Assembly: GCA_001600695.1 (NCBI GenBank)
Contig: BCKQ01000003.1
Location: 1,618,526-1,682,525, forward strand
Length of the DNA: 64,000 bases
Direction: 5' to 3'
DNA from: Ascoidea asiatica JCM 7603
Taxonomy: Eukaryota > Fungi > Ascomycota
Shown piece after piece: positions 25,136 to 36,519 of this stretch; the stretch's first letter is position 1; each line of letters begins with the position of its first letter. The notes under the pieces were generated by a model. It was not told where the DNA came from. It made no database searches and worked only from the letters and a program-made list of their open reading frames with translations. The position numbers and the translations under genes were made by a program.

Positions 25136-26094
25136 ATCTGAAAAAAAGTGATAAATAAATGTCTTTAAATATAAATATGATTATAATTATATATTCATAT
25201 ATTTCTATTTCTATTTCTATATACTTTTTTTTATTGAATTAAGTTTTTATTATGTGGTTGATCTTTTTAACATGAGCAAAGAAAATCAAATTAAAAGAAA
25301 AAGAAGTTTGTGGTAGTTATTAGTTCGAGATAAATAAAATTGTCTTGAATGGATTTTATCTAAGAAGTCAAATGAATAGGAGAAATAAAGAATGAAAAAT
25401 AAATAAATATACTGTTGAATACAAAAAAAACTTTAGGACTAAAAAAATATATATTAATTGGTATTGATATTGATAGATTTATTGATATTGATGAGTATTG
25501 AATAAGAATCAAGATAGTTTTGCTATTGTTATTAAATAGAATAAAAAGTATGCTCACAGAGTTTGAGAATACAAAGCAGTAATTTTTTTGATAGATATTA
25601 TTTTCTTGAATTAAAATTATGTCTTGGAACTATTATTTAAAATTTTCATTGATTTTATGATTGATTGTTGAATTGATTGACTTGAGCTAATTTAGATATC
25701 TTGACAATATTGATTTATTTTTTTTCTTTTGTTCTTCTTTATTTTATTTTGAATTAGTTAGGTTTATTCCTTCAGAAATCAAAAGAATTCTTTTGAAGAA
25801 TTAAACGAATCTCAATTAAATTGGTAAGTTACCAAAACCTCTCAAAAATCAACAGTACTAGATATTAAACATGTATAAAAAAAAAACTTGTTTAATAAAT
25901 GTGTAAAAAACAGTATCCAACTTCAGTATCTCACTCCAGTATCTTGTATCCTTCTCCCATATTTCTAGTACCAATGTTTATTTCTCAAAAAGGTTTGTAA
26001 CCTTTATTGTTTGTGTATCTTTACGCAGTATCTTTCTGGTGTAGGATGGACACTGGAAAGGTAAAAATAGATAAAGAAGTGAGCAGTTGTCTGG

Positions 26095-26116
26095 TTACGT
26101 AATCATCAGCGGGTAA
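26095..26116. promoter_or_regulatory. bZIP site TTACGTAA (Yap/CRE-type) next to Reb1 site CGGGTAA
   Basis: Exact motifs at 26095-26102 and 26110-26116, about 1 kb upstream of GPx-like A. Confidence 0.45.
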
Positions 26117-27431
26117 CTGTTACTCAGATCGAACGTTACTTAATTATCCAACGACAATTAGCGTTGTCGGAGTGCTCAAGGTTTAGTTTGAGGATATACT
26201 TGTTTTGACAGAGTACCGCTTTTTTACACCTTAATTCAATGGAGTGTCCTTATATTAACGAACACCTGAGAGAATTTAAGACAATTAAAACCTAGATGTA
26301 AAATCCCCTATTATCATAGGGGTTAGCTATATACACCGCATATGCATTGTTTTATCGGAGAATGTTCGCTAAGGGACTTTTTGGAAGATAGTCTTTCTAA
26401 TTTCCCGCTTTTATTTGCATTGTCGTTGTTTATTCCCTATTTCAAACTTTTAAATATATTGAGCTCAAAGAACAGGCAATTCAGGATAAGCTCGGTTAGT
26501 TTCTAGGGAAAGATAGAGATAGAGAGTGCTCTACAGTATTTTATTCAAGGTAAAAGTGGAGGTAAAAATCATTATCCTGGAGAACTTTTCTCAATTTTTT
26601 TGATTTTGATTCAAATGAAAATTTGATTCGAACTAAAAATAATCAACAGAACTTTTTTGTATGTTATTGGGAGCTTTTTTTTCAAATGATGGATTGAACC
26701 GTAAACATAATTCCTGATGTGAATGTTATGCACATGAAAAATTATTTGCAGTAGCTCATCAAACCTTGCACCATCCACAAATGCCTATTTTAAGAAAATA
26801 TTATTGGCAGTGCTATTTGCCACATTTCGCTATAAAGGGAAAATTTTGCATCTATTTTAGGAGTGTGCAAGGATCTAGGATTATACAGAGACTTACAGAG
26901 AATTAAAGAAACTTGCAGATACTGGCATTGGATTCCGCATCTTTAAAATCAAACCGGACATTCCGGATTTATAGTTAAAATCCGTAGCTTGATCCGTATT
27001 TTCCCGGATGTTTCAAATGGAACGGATAAGAGGAGCTGAATGTGCCGATTCGGCAATCATTTCCTTTGCCGTTTTAAAATTCTCGCCAATTGTTTGCGTA
27101 AATGACTTTGCTAAAAGCAAGCGAGGAAAATTTTCAAATCTGAGTTTGGTTAACTTATTGAATTATTTATTTATTGATAATCCAAAACGTCGAATCAAAT
27201 TGAAAAAAAAAAAAAAAAGAACCTTTGAATTTAAGTGATCTATCAAATTTAAATAGAGTCGTCTCTTATTTAGTTTCATCTTGCTTTAATTTCATTACAA
27301 AAATAGGGTTTTCTTTCAAATATGTTAAATCTTCAATAATTTGCATATATATTCCATTATTTACTAATTCATTTACTTATCCTGATTAATTCATAAAACC
27401 ACTCATATAACATAAAAAACATTAGTAAAAA

Positions 27432-28628
27432 ATGTATAATTCTTTGATTTTGAAGAAAAGCTTGAATAATAAACTTTTATTAAGAAATTTAACTTCAAAA
27501 TATATTTCAAATCTAAGTTATAATCATTTATATAATAGATCAAACTATTTAGCTAAAAATTCAAATTTTTTATTGAAAAAATCTTTTTCAACTAAAAATA
27601 AATTTTTCAATGATTTAAATCAAAATAATCAAAATAATCAAAGTAATCAAAACAATAAAAAGCCTAAAAGTAAAAAAAAACTATTTTTTTTCTCTTTATT
27701 ATCAACTTCAATAATTTCTTCATATATTGCTTATAAAAAAAATGAAAATGAAGCTCAAAGATTTTTAGGTAAAAAAATTTCAAATTATATAAATAATAAT
27801 TCAAAATATTTTACAGTTAATTTTGAAAATGCAGTTTTTATACCTTTTAAAAATGAATTTATTTTAAATAATTCTACAATTATTAAAGAACCAAAAGATT
27901 TAATTAATGATGATGGTAATTATACTCAATTTAATTTAAAAATTAATCAAATTCATATTCAATTATCTTTTATTAAATGGTTTAATTCAAAAGGTTTTTA
28001 TAAAAATGTCACTTTAAAAGGTATTAGAGGTACTATTGATAGAACTCATGTAATTTGGAAATTAAATGATGATCCAAGAAATTATAAAAATATTAAAAAA
28101 CCAGGAGATTTTGAAATTGAAAATTTTATTATTGAAGATTTTTTAGTAAAATTATTACAACCAAATAATTTTAGACCTTTTAATATAAGTATTTATAATT
28201 GTCATTTAAATAAATTAAGACAAAATTGGTTATTTTATGATTTTTTGAATGCAAAAACTATAAGTGGATCTTATGATAATTCATTATTTAGTATTTATAC
28301 AAGATATAATTCAGATTCTAAAAATACAGTTACAAGATTAATTATTGATGGATTAAATATTGATCATTTAAATACAGGTTTAGAAGGTCCATTTGGTTGG
28401 ATAAATAATGGTAAAGTTGATATGGTTGGTGATGTAATAATACCAAATGAAGATACAATAAATTTATCTGAATTTATTTCAAATATTTCAGAAAATATTT
28501 CAAAAGAAGCAAAAAGAATTTATTATAGTAAAACAGATTATTTAAATAAGTATAATACAGAAAGTTCAAGTTTTAAATTAGAAGAAGAATTCAAAAATTT
28601 ATCCAAAAATAGATTATCAAATAATGAT

Positions 28629-28682
<54 letters not shown>

Positions 28683-29072
28683 GAAGAAGAAATTATAAAA
28701 AATTTAAATAAATATTTTATTTTAGATTTACAAATTAAATTAAGAGATATTAAATCTCAAGTACCATTTTCAACACCAGAATTATCATATGTTAATTATG
28801 CATTAATTGCACCAATTGTTGGATATATGAATGCAAGAAATTCATATATACCAATAAAATGTAAAATTGTTAAAAATATGGAAGATTTTAATGGTAGTTG
28901 GACAATTTATGATTGTTTATTAATGGATGATATTTCTATAAAAGTTTATGATGCATTTGTTGATTATGTTGTTAATGAAGAATATAGATTACATCGAATT
29001 AAAAAAGTTGGAATTTGGGGTTTACAACAAGTATTTCAATTTGTTTTAATGAGTTTAGGTACAATTGCTTAA
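27432..29072 (+). CDS. MDM31: Mitochondrial inner-membrane morphology protein, Mdm31/Mdm32 family
   Basis: Basic presequence; DDGNYTQF, GIRGTIDRTHVIW, LRQNWLFYDFLNA, GLNIDHLNTGLEGPFGWI, FNGSWTIYD, RIKKVGIW. Confidence 0.9.
28632..28677 (+). repeat. (AAT)n microsatellite encoding poly-Asn
   Basis: About 15 AAT units inside MDM31. Similar tracts occur in BET1 and BNA2. Confidence 0.9.
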
Positions 29073-29513
29073 AAAAATTAATAAATTTTATTATAAATTT
29101 AAAAAATTTCTATAATTTTCAAAATTTTTTTTTTAGCTTTTTCAATTCTTTTTTATTTTGCATTTTTTCATAAAAATCTGGGTGGTTTTATTTTTTTCTT
29201 TATCTTTTTCTCTTTTTCTTTATGTGTTTATGATTACGATCATTTTATTATAGTTTTTGTGTATATTATTTCTGTATATAATAAATTGAAATAAAAGCTG
29301 ATATTGCAAATATACTTCACGTAGTTTTTTTGTGTATTAGATTACTTTTTTGATGCTCTTTATAATTTGAGATTTCTCACCAAACAAAAGAATTTTTAGG
29401 CAAAATAAAGAAATTCCTTCACAGAAGAGACTACAAAATTAAATTTATTGAAAGATTAAACATTTATTAAATACATAAATAAAAAAAAAATAATAAAAAA
29501 AGAACTATTGAAA

Positions 29514-29913
29514 ACTTGTCAGACTGCCATTGTTATCCATCCAAATAATTACTCCTTCCGAAAAAGTATGTAATAATGGATTGAAATCATTGCTCCTTTC
29601 TTAAGATATCAACAAAAAACGGATATCTTTACAAACGAAAGGCAAATTGAAACAAGATATCCAGACCAACAAAGGATCACAGATAAACTAATTGAAATTC
29701 TCATTCTATGGATACAATGGTTTTCATCTCATCATCCAAGTTGGATTTGATGGCTCTTTTGAAGAATCAAAGAGAGACGTGACCTATAGAAATGATCCTA
29801 CTATTGAATTTGTTAGTAAACCTGACATCTTAAAGGAGTGTTATTGTAATTATCACTATTATAATTATTATTATTTGAACCATATGGTAAGCTACTTACT
29901 GAAGTACGTCGAC
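29514..29913 (-). ncRNA. SNR17: U3 snoRNA with a spliceosomal intron (exon 1 29913-29900, intron 29899-29801, exon 2 29800-29514)
   Basis: Minus strand reads GTCGACGTACTTCA / GTAAGT...TACTAAC...TAG / TAGGATCATTTCTATAGG (box A) ...CTTCAAAAGAGCCA...CCAACTTGGATGATGAG (box C')...AGAATGAG (box B)...CAATGATT (box C)...GGCAGTCTGACAAGT (box D and terminal stem). Ends are near-identical to S. cerevisiae U3. Confidence 0.96.
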
Positions 29914-29965
29914 AAAGGAAAAAAAAGGAAATAAAAATAATTAAAAAAAACGAGATTTCGTCTCC

Positions 29966-30082
29966 TTTTATATCAAAGATTCAGTCTCAATTTTCACAAA
30001 CTTTTTCAGAATTTTCAAAATCAAATCATGTTACCCGGTCTTATTCAGAGCCCTGATTGCAAAACTCTTATTTCAGGGCTCT
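29966..30082 (-). promoter_or_regulatory. U3 promoter: TATA (ATATAAAA), Reb1 site, inverted pair of Tbf1-like sites
   Basis: TATA at 29966-29973; TTACCCG at 30031-30037; AGAGCCCTGA (30047-30056) and TCAGGGCTCT (30073-30082). Reb1 and Tbf1 are typical of yeast snoRNA promoters. Confidence 0.65.
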
Positions 30083-30986
30083 ACTGCGACTGTTCTTTTT
30101 GCTTCTTTTTCACTCAAAGAAAATGAAATAATTTTATTTGAAGCTGTTTATTTCTCTGAAGGAAATGATGAGAACGAGAATGAAAATACTAATGATAATT
30201 ATAAAGATAAAGATAATAATGGCTAAAGAATTGTCATTAAAGTAAGATAATTATTTGCTCAAAGACTTCAATGAGAATCACTGTAGTCTATTTTAATACT
30301 CTTGTTGACTTTGAAATAGTGGGTCTTCGAAATAGTTCACTGCCTTGAAAAATCAATTGATAATTCATTTTTAATTAATTTATGACTTCTTCCAATGTCT
30401 CATTTCAATGCAATAATTTTAAGAATATTCAGAATGTTATTATTACGATTCGACATTGAATAAGATTCTGTATATATAAATTTACTTAGTAGTTTATCTT
30501 CCAAGTTACGAAATTCTCGAAAATTAAAGATGAATACTTTAGATTTCTTCATTTAAAAAGATAATCTAATGAAAGTAATTGATAATTGATGTATTATTAT
30601 ATTGTACTGTACAGATAAAATATTGAATGACAAACAAATAAAACTAAGTATAAAAAACAAATGAAGAAAGAATTAAATAATAAAATTTTTATAAAAAATG
30701 TTAAAAAAACCAAAAAAAAAAAAAATATAAAAAAAAAAATATTTTAAGCACAAAAATTTTAATGAAATTAACAAAGTGTACATATCTTTGTTCTTTTCTT
30801 TTGTTTTCTTCTTTTTCTCTTTCTTTCGGATCAATAAAATATAACTGATTAATAAATGATATAGATGATATAAATGACAAATGATTTTAATTTTTCAAAA
30901 ATTCAATAGAAATTTCATTTTAATAAAAAACAAATAATAATTGATAAAATAAACAAATATTTAATTAAAATTTAATTAATCTTAAA

Positions 30987-31955
30987 TTAATATCTTGAAG
31001 TTTGAGGTTTTGGATTACTATAATCTAATCTTACTGGTCTACCATCAATCATTTGACCATCAAATTTTGCTAAAGCTTTTTTAGCACTATCAACATTATC
31101 AAATTGAACATAAGCAAAACCTTTTGGTCTATCAGTACCTCTTAAAGTTGGAATACGAACACCAACAACTTCACCACATTCTTGAAATTTAGTCCATAAA
31201 CTATCTTCATTAGATCTAAAAGATAAATTACCAATAAATAAAGTATTTGAAGGATCTGATTTTTTATCACCATATTTTTTAGCTCTATCATTTGAATTGA
31301 AATTAGATTTTGGTTTTGCAGTTGCTAAATCAAGATTTATTGGTCTACCATCAATTTCTTTACCTTGATATTCTTTTAAAGCTTTTTGAGCATTTGCACT
31401 TGAATCAAAATCAACATATCCATAACCACGAGATCTACCTGAACTTTCCATTATAACTCTTGCACTAATAACACCACCAATTGGTTCAAATTCAGTTTTT
31501 AACCATTGATCATCAACATTCCATGATAATCTACCAACAAATAATGTTGCACCTTCTTGAGGTTGAGAAGGTTCTTCAACGGCTTTTGGTTCAACTTTTG
31601 GTTCAACTTTTTTAACAGCTTCAGCTTCTGGTGATTCACTTAATTTTTGTTTTTTTGATGAACTATCACTATCTATTTCATCAACAGATCTTTTTTTATT
31701 TGATTTTTTTTCAGATTCATCTTCAGATTCAGATTCTGAATCACTTGAATTATCACTAGAATCTGATGAAGCTGAAGAATCGGAATCAGAATTAGAATCA
31801 TCTTCAGATTCATCTTCGGAAGATTCAGTTTCTGGTTCAACTGGTTTCTCTTCTTCTTTCTTTACTTTCTTTGAAGAATGTGATTTTTTAGAATCAGATT
31901 TTGAAGAAGATTTTGAACTTGATTTTGAACTTATTTTTTTATCTTTAGAACCCAT
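30987..31955 (-). CDS. NSR1: Nucleolin-like Nsr1 (acidic/Ser-rich N-terminus, two RRMs, no GAR tail)
   Basis: ATLFVGRLSWNVDDQWLKTEFEPIGGV, RSRGYGYVDF, NDRAKKYGD, TLFIGNLSF, PKGFAYVQF. Confidence 0.93.
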   Translation of the reverse strand: MGSKDKKISSKSSSKSSSKSDSKKSHSSKKVKKEEEKPVEPETESSEDESEDDSNSDSDSSASSDSSDNSSDSESESEDESEKKSNKKRSVDEIDSDSSSKKQKLSESPEAEAVKKVEPKVEPKAVEEPSQPQEGATLFVGRLSWNVDDQWLKTEFEPIGGVISARVIMESSGRSRGYGYVDFDSSANAQKALKEYQGKEIDGRPINLDLATAKPKSNFNSNDRAKKYGDKKSDPSNTLFIGNLSFRSNEDSLWTKFQECGEVVGVRIPTLRGTDRPKGFAYVQFDNVDSAKKALAKFDGQMIDGRPVRLDYSNPKPQTSRY

Positions 31956-32198
31956 TGTTATAAGATTATTATTATTATTTATATTATTATTTTTTGAAAT
32001 ATTAAATGAATATGAATTGAAAAGAAATTTTTAAAATAATTTGTTTGAAAATTTGTTTCAAAAGTTGAAGAAGAAGTAAAAAATTTTAGAAAAGAGCAAT
32101 GCTAAGTTTATATATAAATTCAAAGCCTACTTCAGAATAAAATTTCACTGAGAAGAAGAAAAAAAAAAAAAATTTCGCAGACAAAAATTTTTTTTAAT

Positions 32199-32369
32199 AA
32201 ATTTTTCAAAAATTGACACCCACGTGATCAAAAAAGGAATAATCCACAAAACCGGTCTCTTTAACGGAAAAAAAAACATTTCTTCATCAATTATCCGAAA
32301 CGCACTTTTTGCTTTAAAACAAACGCATTTCGAGACGGAGCTTCAACCATTTTTATAAGTACACGTGAT
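32199..32369. promoter_or_regulatory. RRPE (TGAAAAATTT) and two Cbf1-type ATCACGTG sites in the NSR1 upstream region
   Basis: AAATTTTTCA at 32199-32208; CACGTGAT at 32221 and 32362. Expected for a ribosome-biogenesis gene. Confidence 0.55.
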
Positions 32370-32917
32370 TTTAGTATATTTGAATAATAACTTCAACAGA
32401 CAATTGATAAAGTTATGGTAAATGTGGTAAAAAATGGAAATATTATTTATAATGATTTGTTAGTTGGTCTCACTTTGATGGGAAACTTATTTATTTTAAT
32501 TCAAATCAGAGAATCAATATTATTCAATCTTTATGAGTTTACATTATCAGATGCGACCCTTCTATATGGGAAAAGTTCTAAAAATGTCATAATCAAAAAA
32601 ATGCAGAACCATATGACTAAATATAAAGAAAGAGATCTTCTAATTCATTATTTCAAATTAATTTCAAATCATTTATCTCCAAGATTGAAATAATTTCCAA
32701 TTTGAAATATTTCAGTCAATCACATTTCAAAAATTCATCACAAATCATATAAACCAGATAAATCATGTTTGAGACTGATTAAATATATATTCTTGTGTTT
32801 TCCTCTACTTATTTTTTTGTTTTTAAATTGATAATTATATTCAAATATTCAAAAGTATATTCCATTAGTACTTTCTTTCAAACAATTATATTTTTAAAGT
32901 TATTATAACAGATTGCA

Positions 32918-34726
32918 ATGTCCTTTTCAACAATGTCGAACTCTTCCTGTATTATTACTGATTTAATGATTGATAATGCTCCAGAAATTGAAGATTCCTT
33001 TGAAACTGAAAATGGAATAGCTATTGATATGCTTGAAAATGATTTAAAAAATCATACTCCTGAAGAAATTAATAACTTAAATAATGAATTATTATTTCAA
33101 TCTGAATTTTCAAAAGATTTTTTTTTGAATTATATGATTATGTCTATTAAATATCCTGGTTCAACTTCAAATAATATTTCTGAATCAATTTTAATATTTT
33201 TATTATCTTTAAATGATAATGATAAAAATGAATTAATTCCATAAGCAAATGAAATTATAAATAATGATGAAAAATTGTTAAAAATTGATGAAGATATGCT
33301 TCTTCTTACAAATGAAAATTCTAATAATACCATTAATGATGATGATGATGATGATGATTATGATTATGATGAATCTCAATTTCAATTTAAAGATTCTAAT
33401 TATTATGATTATAAAAATTTCAAAAAAATTATAGAAATTTTAGAAAATAATGAAATTATATTTGAAAATATGTTAGTAATTAATCCTATTGATCCAATTG
33501 ATAGAACTTTAGATCTTAAAAATATTAATATATTAATATTAATATTAATTCAATTAAAAAAAAATAGAATAAAATTAAATCATTCTCAATCTTTATCTTT
33601 TTCAAATAAATTCAATGAAAAATATTTAAAAAAAGATTTTACTTGTAATAATAATAATAATGATAATAAGAATAAGAATATCAATAAATTCATTAAAAAA
33701 AAAATATTACCTAAACATTTATTTAGAGTAATTCAAAGGCATATTAAAGGATTTGATCAATCATTGAATAAAAAAATTGATTTTTTTATTTCCGATTATG
33801 AAAGAAAATTCATTGATAAAGATATTTTGTCAACTAAAGATTGTTTATTACTTGGTTTAAACTTCATAAGGCAGAAAAGAAATTGCCAATTAAAGCTTGT
33901 TGGAATTTCTGGATTAAGTTTTGTACCAAAAGGTAAAAATAATTTATTTTGTCAAAATACTCCAAATATTTTAACTAAATTTGAATTAAAAATTATTCAA
34001 ATGTTAACTGATCCAAATTATAAAAGAATTGTTAAAACTGATTTAAATAATCTAGTTAATATTGATTCACCAGGTCCAATAATTTCTTCAATTTATGAAA
34101 ATTTAATAAAAAAAGAAACAGATAATCAAGAAGACTTAATGTTAAAAAAATATAAGACAATCAGTCAATTGAAAGAAAATTTAAATCAAGCTTGCTTTTT
34201 TTTAGCTGAATATTGTGATTTATATGGAAATGGTTACTTTGAAAATTTAGTTCTTCATTTCAAAAGAAATCAAGATATTGTTTCAAAAATTAAACCAAGA
34301 AGTAAAAAAGTTCCATTCAAAGATGGTGGAAGAGGTTCAACAACTCTTTATAATAGATTAATAACATTATTAAGGAAAATTGATGATAAACTTTTTTCTT
34401 TGGAGAATAGTGAAAGTGTTAAGGAAAATGAAAATGAAAATGAAATCAAAGATATAAAGAAAACCGGTCATTTGATTGGACAAAACAGAAAATTTTTAGC
34501 TGTTGATATAATGAAGTATGGTTGGGGTTGCTCTTTTGACGATGATGCATTTGCAAATGGGGTTATCCCAGGATGGTCAAAATATTTGGTAAAAAATAAA
34601 TTCAGTTCCCAATTCAAATGTTTAAGAGTTAATAATATATTGGAAGTAGAAAATTTCATTATACCTTATGAAGAAGAAATGATAGATACTAAAATTAATT
34701 TAGAAAATCTTAACCTTTCTGCATAA
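32918..34726 (+). pseudogene. About 600-codon ORF of unknown function interrupted by one in-frame TAA (33242-33244); weak Sel1-repeat-like C-terminal motifs
   Basis: Track ORFs 32918..33244 and 33275..34726 are in the same frame (offset 357), and the linker CCA TAA GCA AAT GAA... is otherwise open. Confidence 0.55.
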
Positions 34727-34956
34727 AGAATTAATGAGATTATAATCAATGAAAGTAGTAAGTAAGAAAACAAGATTTTATTTAGATTCATACTACTCAC
34801 TACCTTTTCTACGATTCAATTGAAATTCCTGTCATAAAAGCATTCTCTAACCATGGGATTGTTGTCTTTTTTCTGGGATGTTTTTTCTTTTTAAAAAATA
34901 AAACTATTTACAAATCTAAAAGTACATATATAAATATGATATAATTAATATTTCAT

Positions 34957-36519
34957 TTAATAATCTTTTTTGGAAGTGTCTATTCTTCTAGTAAACTCTA
35001 TTACTCCAGCACCGATTAAAGTATGATTTTCATATAAAACTATGTTTTGACCTGGAGAGATTGCTTTAGCTGGATCATCTAAAGTTATTATAACTCTTGA
35101 CAAATCATTTTCATTTGCCAACTTAAAACTTTTAACATTTTTCGGACTTTGTAAAGCCATATATTGAAGTGTAATATTTTTATCTTTAAAATCATTACCA
35201 GATTTTTTTAATTTATTTAAATTTTCTAATTTTGAAATTAATATATTTTGATTTAAAGAATTTAAATCATCAGTAATCCAAGACCAATCTCTAATTGTAA
35301 TTGAATTAGAAAATAATTTTGGATTATTAGTATCTTTAACAATAACGATTTCATTTGTATCATATCTTTTTTCAGATACATACCAAATACCTTTATATTC
35401 TGGATTACCTTGAGGTAAACAAATTTTTGATCTTTGACCTATAGTTGCATACCATAAACCATTATGTTTACCCCAAATTTTACCATCTTCAGTGATTATA
35501 TTTCCAGGTTTTGGCTCAATATAATCATCTAAAAATTCATTAAATTTACCATTTTTAACATTTTTTGGATTAACAAAACATAAACCTTGACTATCAGGTT
35601 TTAAAGCAGTTGGTAAAGAAAAATTTTGAGCTAATTTTCTAACATTTTTTTTTTCATAATTACCTAATGGAAAAAGTAAATGTTTAAAAAAAGAAGGATT
35701 AACTTTTGATAAATAAAAACTTTGATCTTTTTTAAAATCAAGAGATCTTAAAAGTTCAATTTTATTAGTAAATTTATTTTTATAAACTCTTGTATAATGA
35801 CCAGTTGCTAACCACCAATTTTGATTTGGTTCTAATTTTATAATTTTATTTATATAATTATTTTTAATATAATTAATTAATTTACCAAATTTTATATAAG
35901 TATTACAATTAACATCAGGATTTGGAGTTAAACCATTTTTAAAATCATTAATCATTGGTTCAAATACATTAAACCAATAATCTTTTTCAAAATTTAATCT
36001 TGTTATTGGAATATTAAGAAATTTTGCAGTTTTTTGAGCATCATTCCAATCTTTTTCTATACATTCTGCAGTTTGTGACCAATTTGCCATATAAATACCT
36101 TTAATATTTTTATAAAAAGGATTTTTTGATAAAAGAGCAGCAGCAGTTGAAGAATCAACCCCTGAAGACATTGCAATTATTATCAAATCATCATATTTAG
36201 GTTTTAATTCTTCATATTTTAATGGATCAAGAAAATTCAAAGTTCTTGATTGGTTTTTTATTAGTTTAGTTTGATTAATATTAGTTTCAGGAATTATAGT
36301 ATATTTTTCATTTTCTTCTTTTATTATGGGTATTTTAATATTTTGATCTTTTTTTCCTATGTTAATTTTTTCAAATGTAAAAGTTTTTGAAGAAGTTGGA
36401 TTTAAATCACAGTTATTGAATATTGAAATTGAATTAGAAAAACATCTTTTTGAATTTATTGGAATGAAAGCCTTTGATTTTAGTATAAACAAATTATTGG
36501 AAAATAATTTAACTGCCAT
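34957..36519 (-). CDS. SLM3: Mitochondrial tRNA 2-thiouridylase (MnmA/Mtu1)
   Basis: AMSSGVDSS PP-loop, TPNPDVNCN, WLATGHY, KDQSFYLS, PDSQGLCF, TIGQR, PGQ. Confidence 0.95.
   Translation of the reverse strand: MAVKLFSNNLFILKSKAFIPINSKRCFSNSISIFNNCDLNPTSSKTFTFEKINIGKKDQNIKIPIIKEENEKYTIIPETNINQTKLIKNQSRTLNFLDPLKYEELKPKYDDLIIIAMSSGVDSSTAAALLSKNPFYKNIKGIYMANWSQTAECIEKDWNDAQKTAKFLNIPITRLNFEKDYWFNVFEPMINDFKNGLTPNPDVNCNTYIKFGKLINYIKNNYINKIIKLEPNQNWWLATGHYTRVYKNKFTNKIELLRSLDFKKDQSFYLSKVNPSFFKHLLFPLGNYEKKNVRKLAQNFSLPTALKPDSQGLCFVNPKNVKNGKFNEFLDDYIEPKPGNIITEDGKIWGKHNGLWYATIGQRSKICLPQGNPEYKGIWYVSEKRYDTNEIVIVKDTNNPKLFSNSITIRDWSWITDDLNSLNQNILISKLENLNKLKKSGNDFKDKNITLQYMALQSPKNVKSFKLANENDLSRVIITLDDPAKAISPGQNIVLYENHTLIGAGVIEFTRRIDTSKKDY

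Noticed and set aside
29692-29934. 80-aa plus-strand ORF
   Set aside because: Antisense shadow of the U3 gene with a non-ATG start.
32415-32693. 92-aa ATG ORF upstream of the split gene
   Set aside because: No recognisable motif, composition like intergenic DNA, and no splice signals linking it to 32918.
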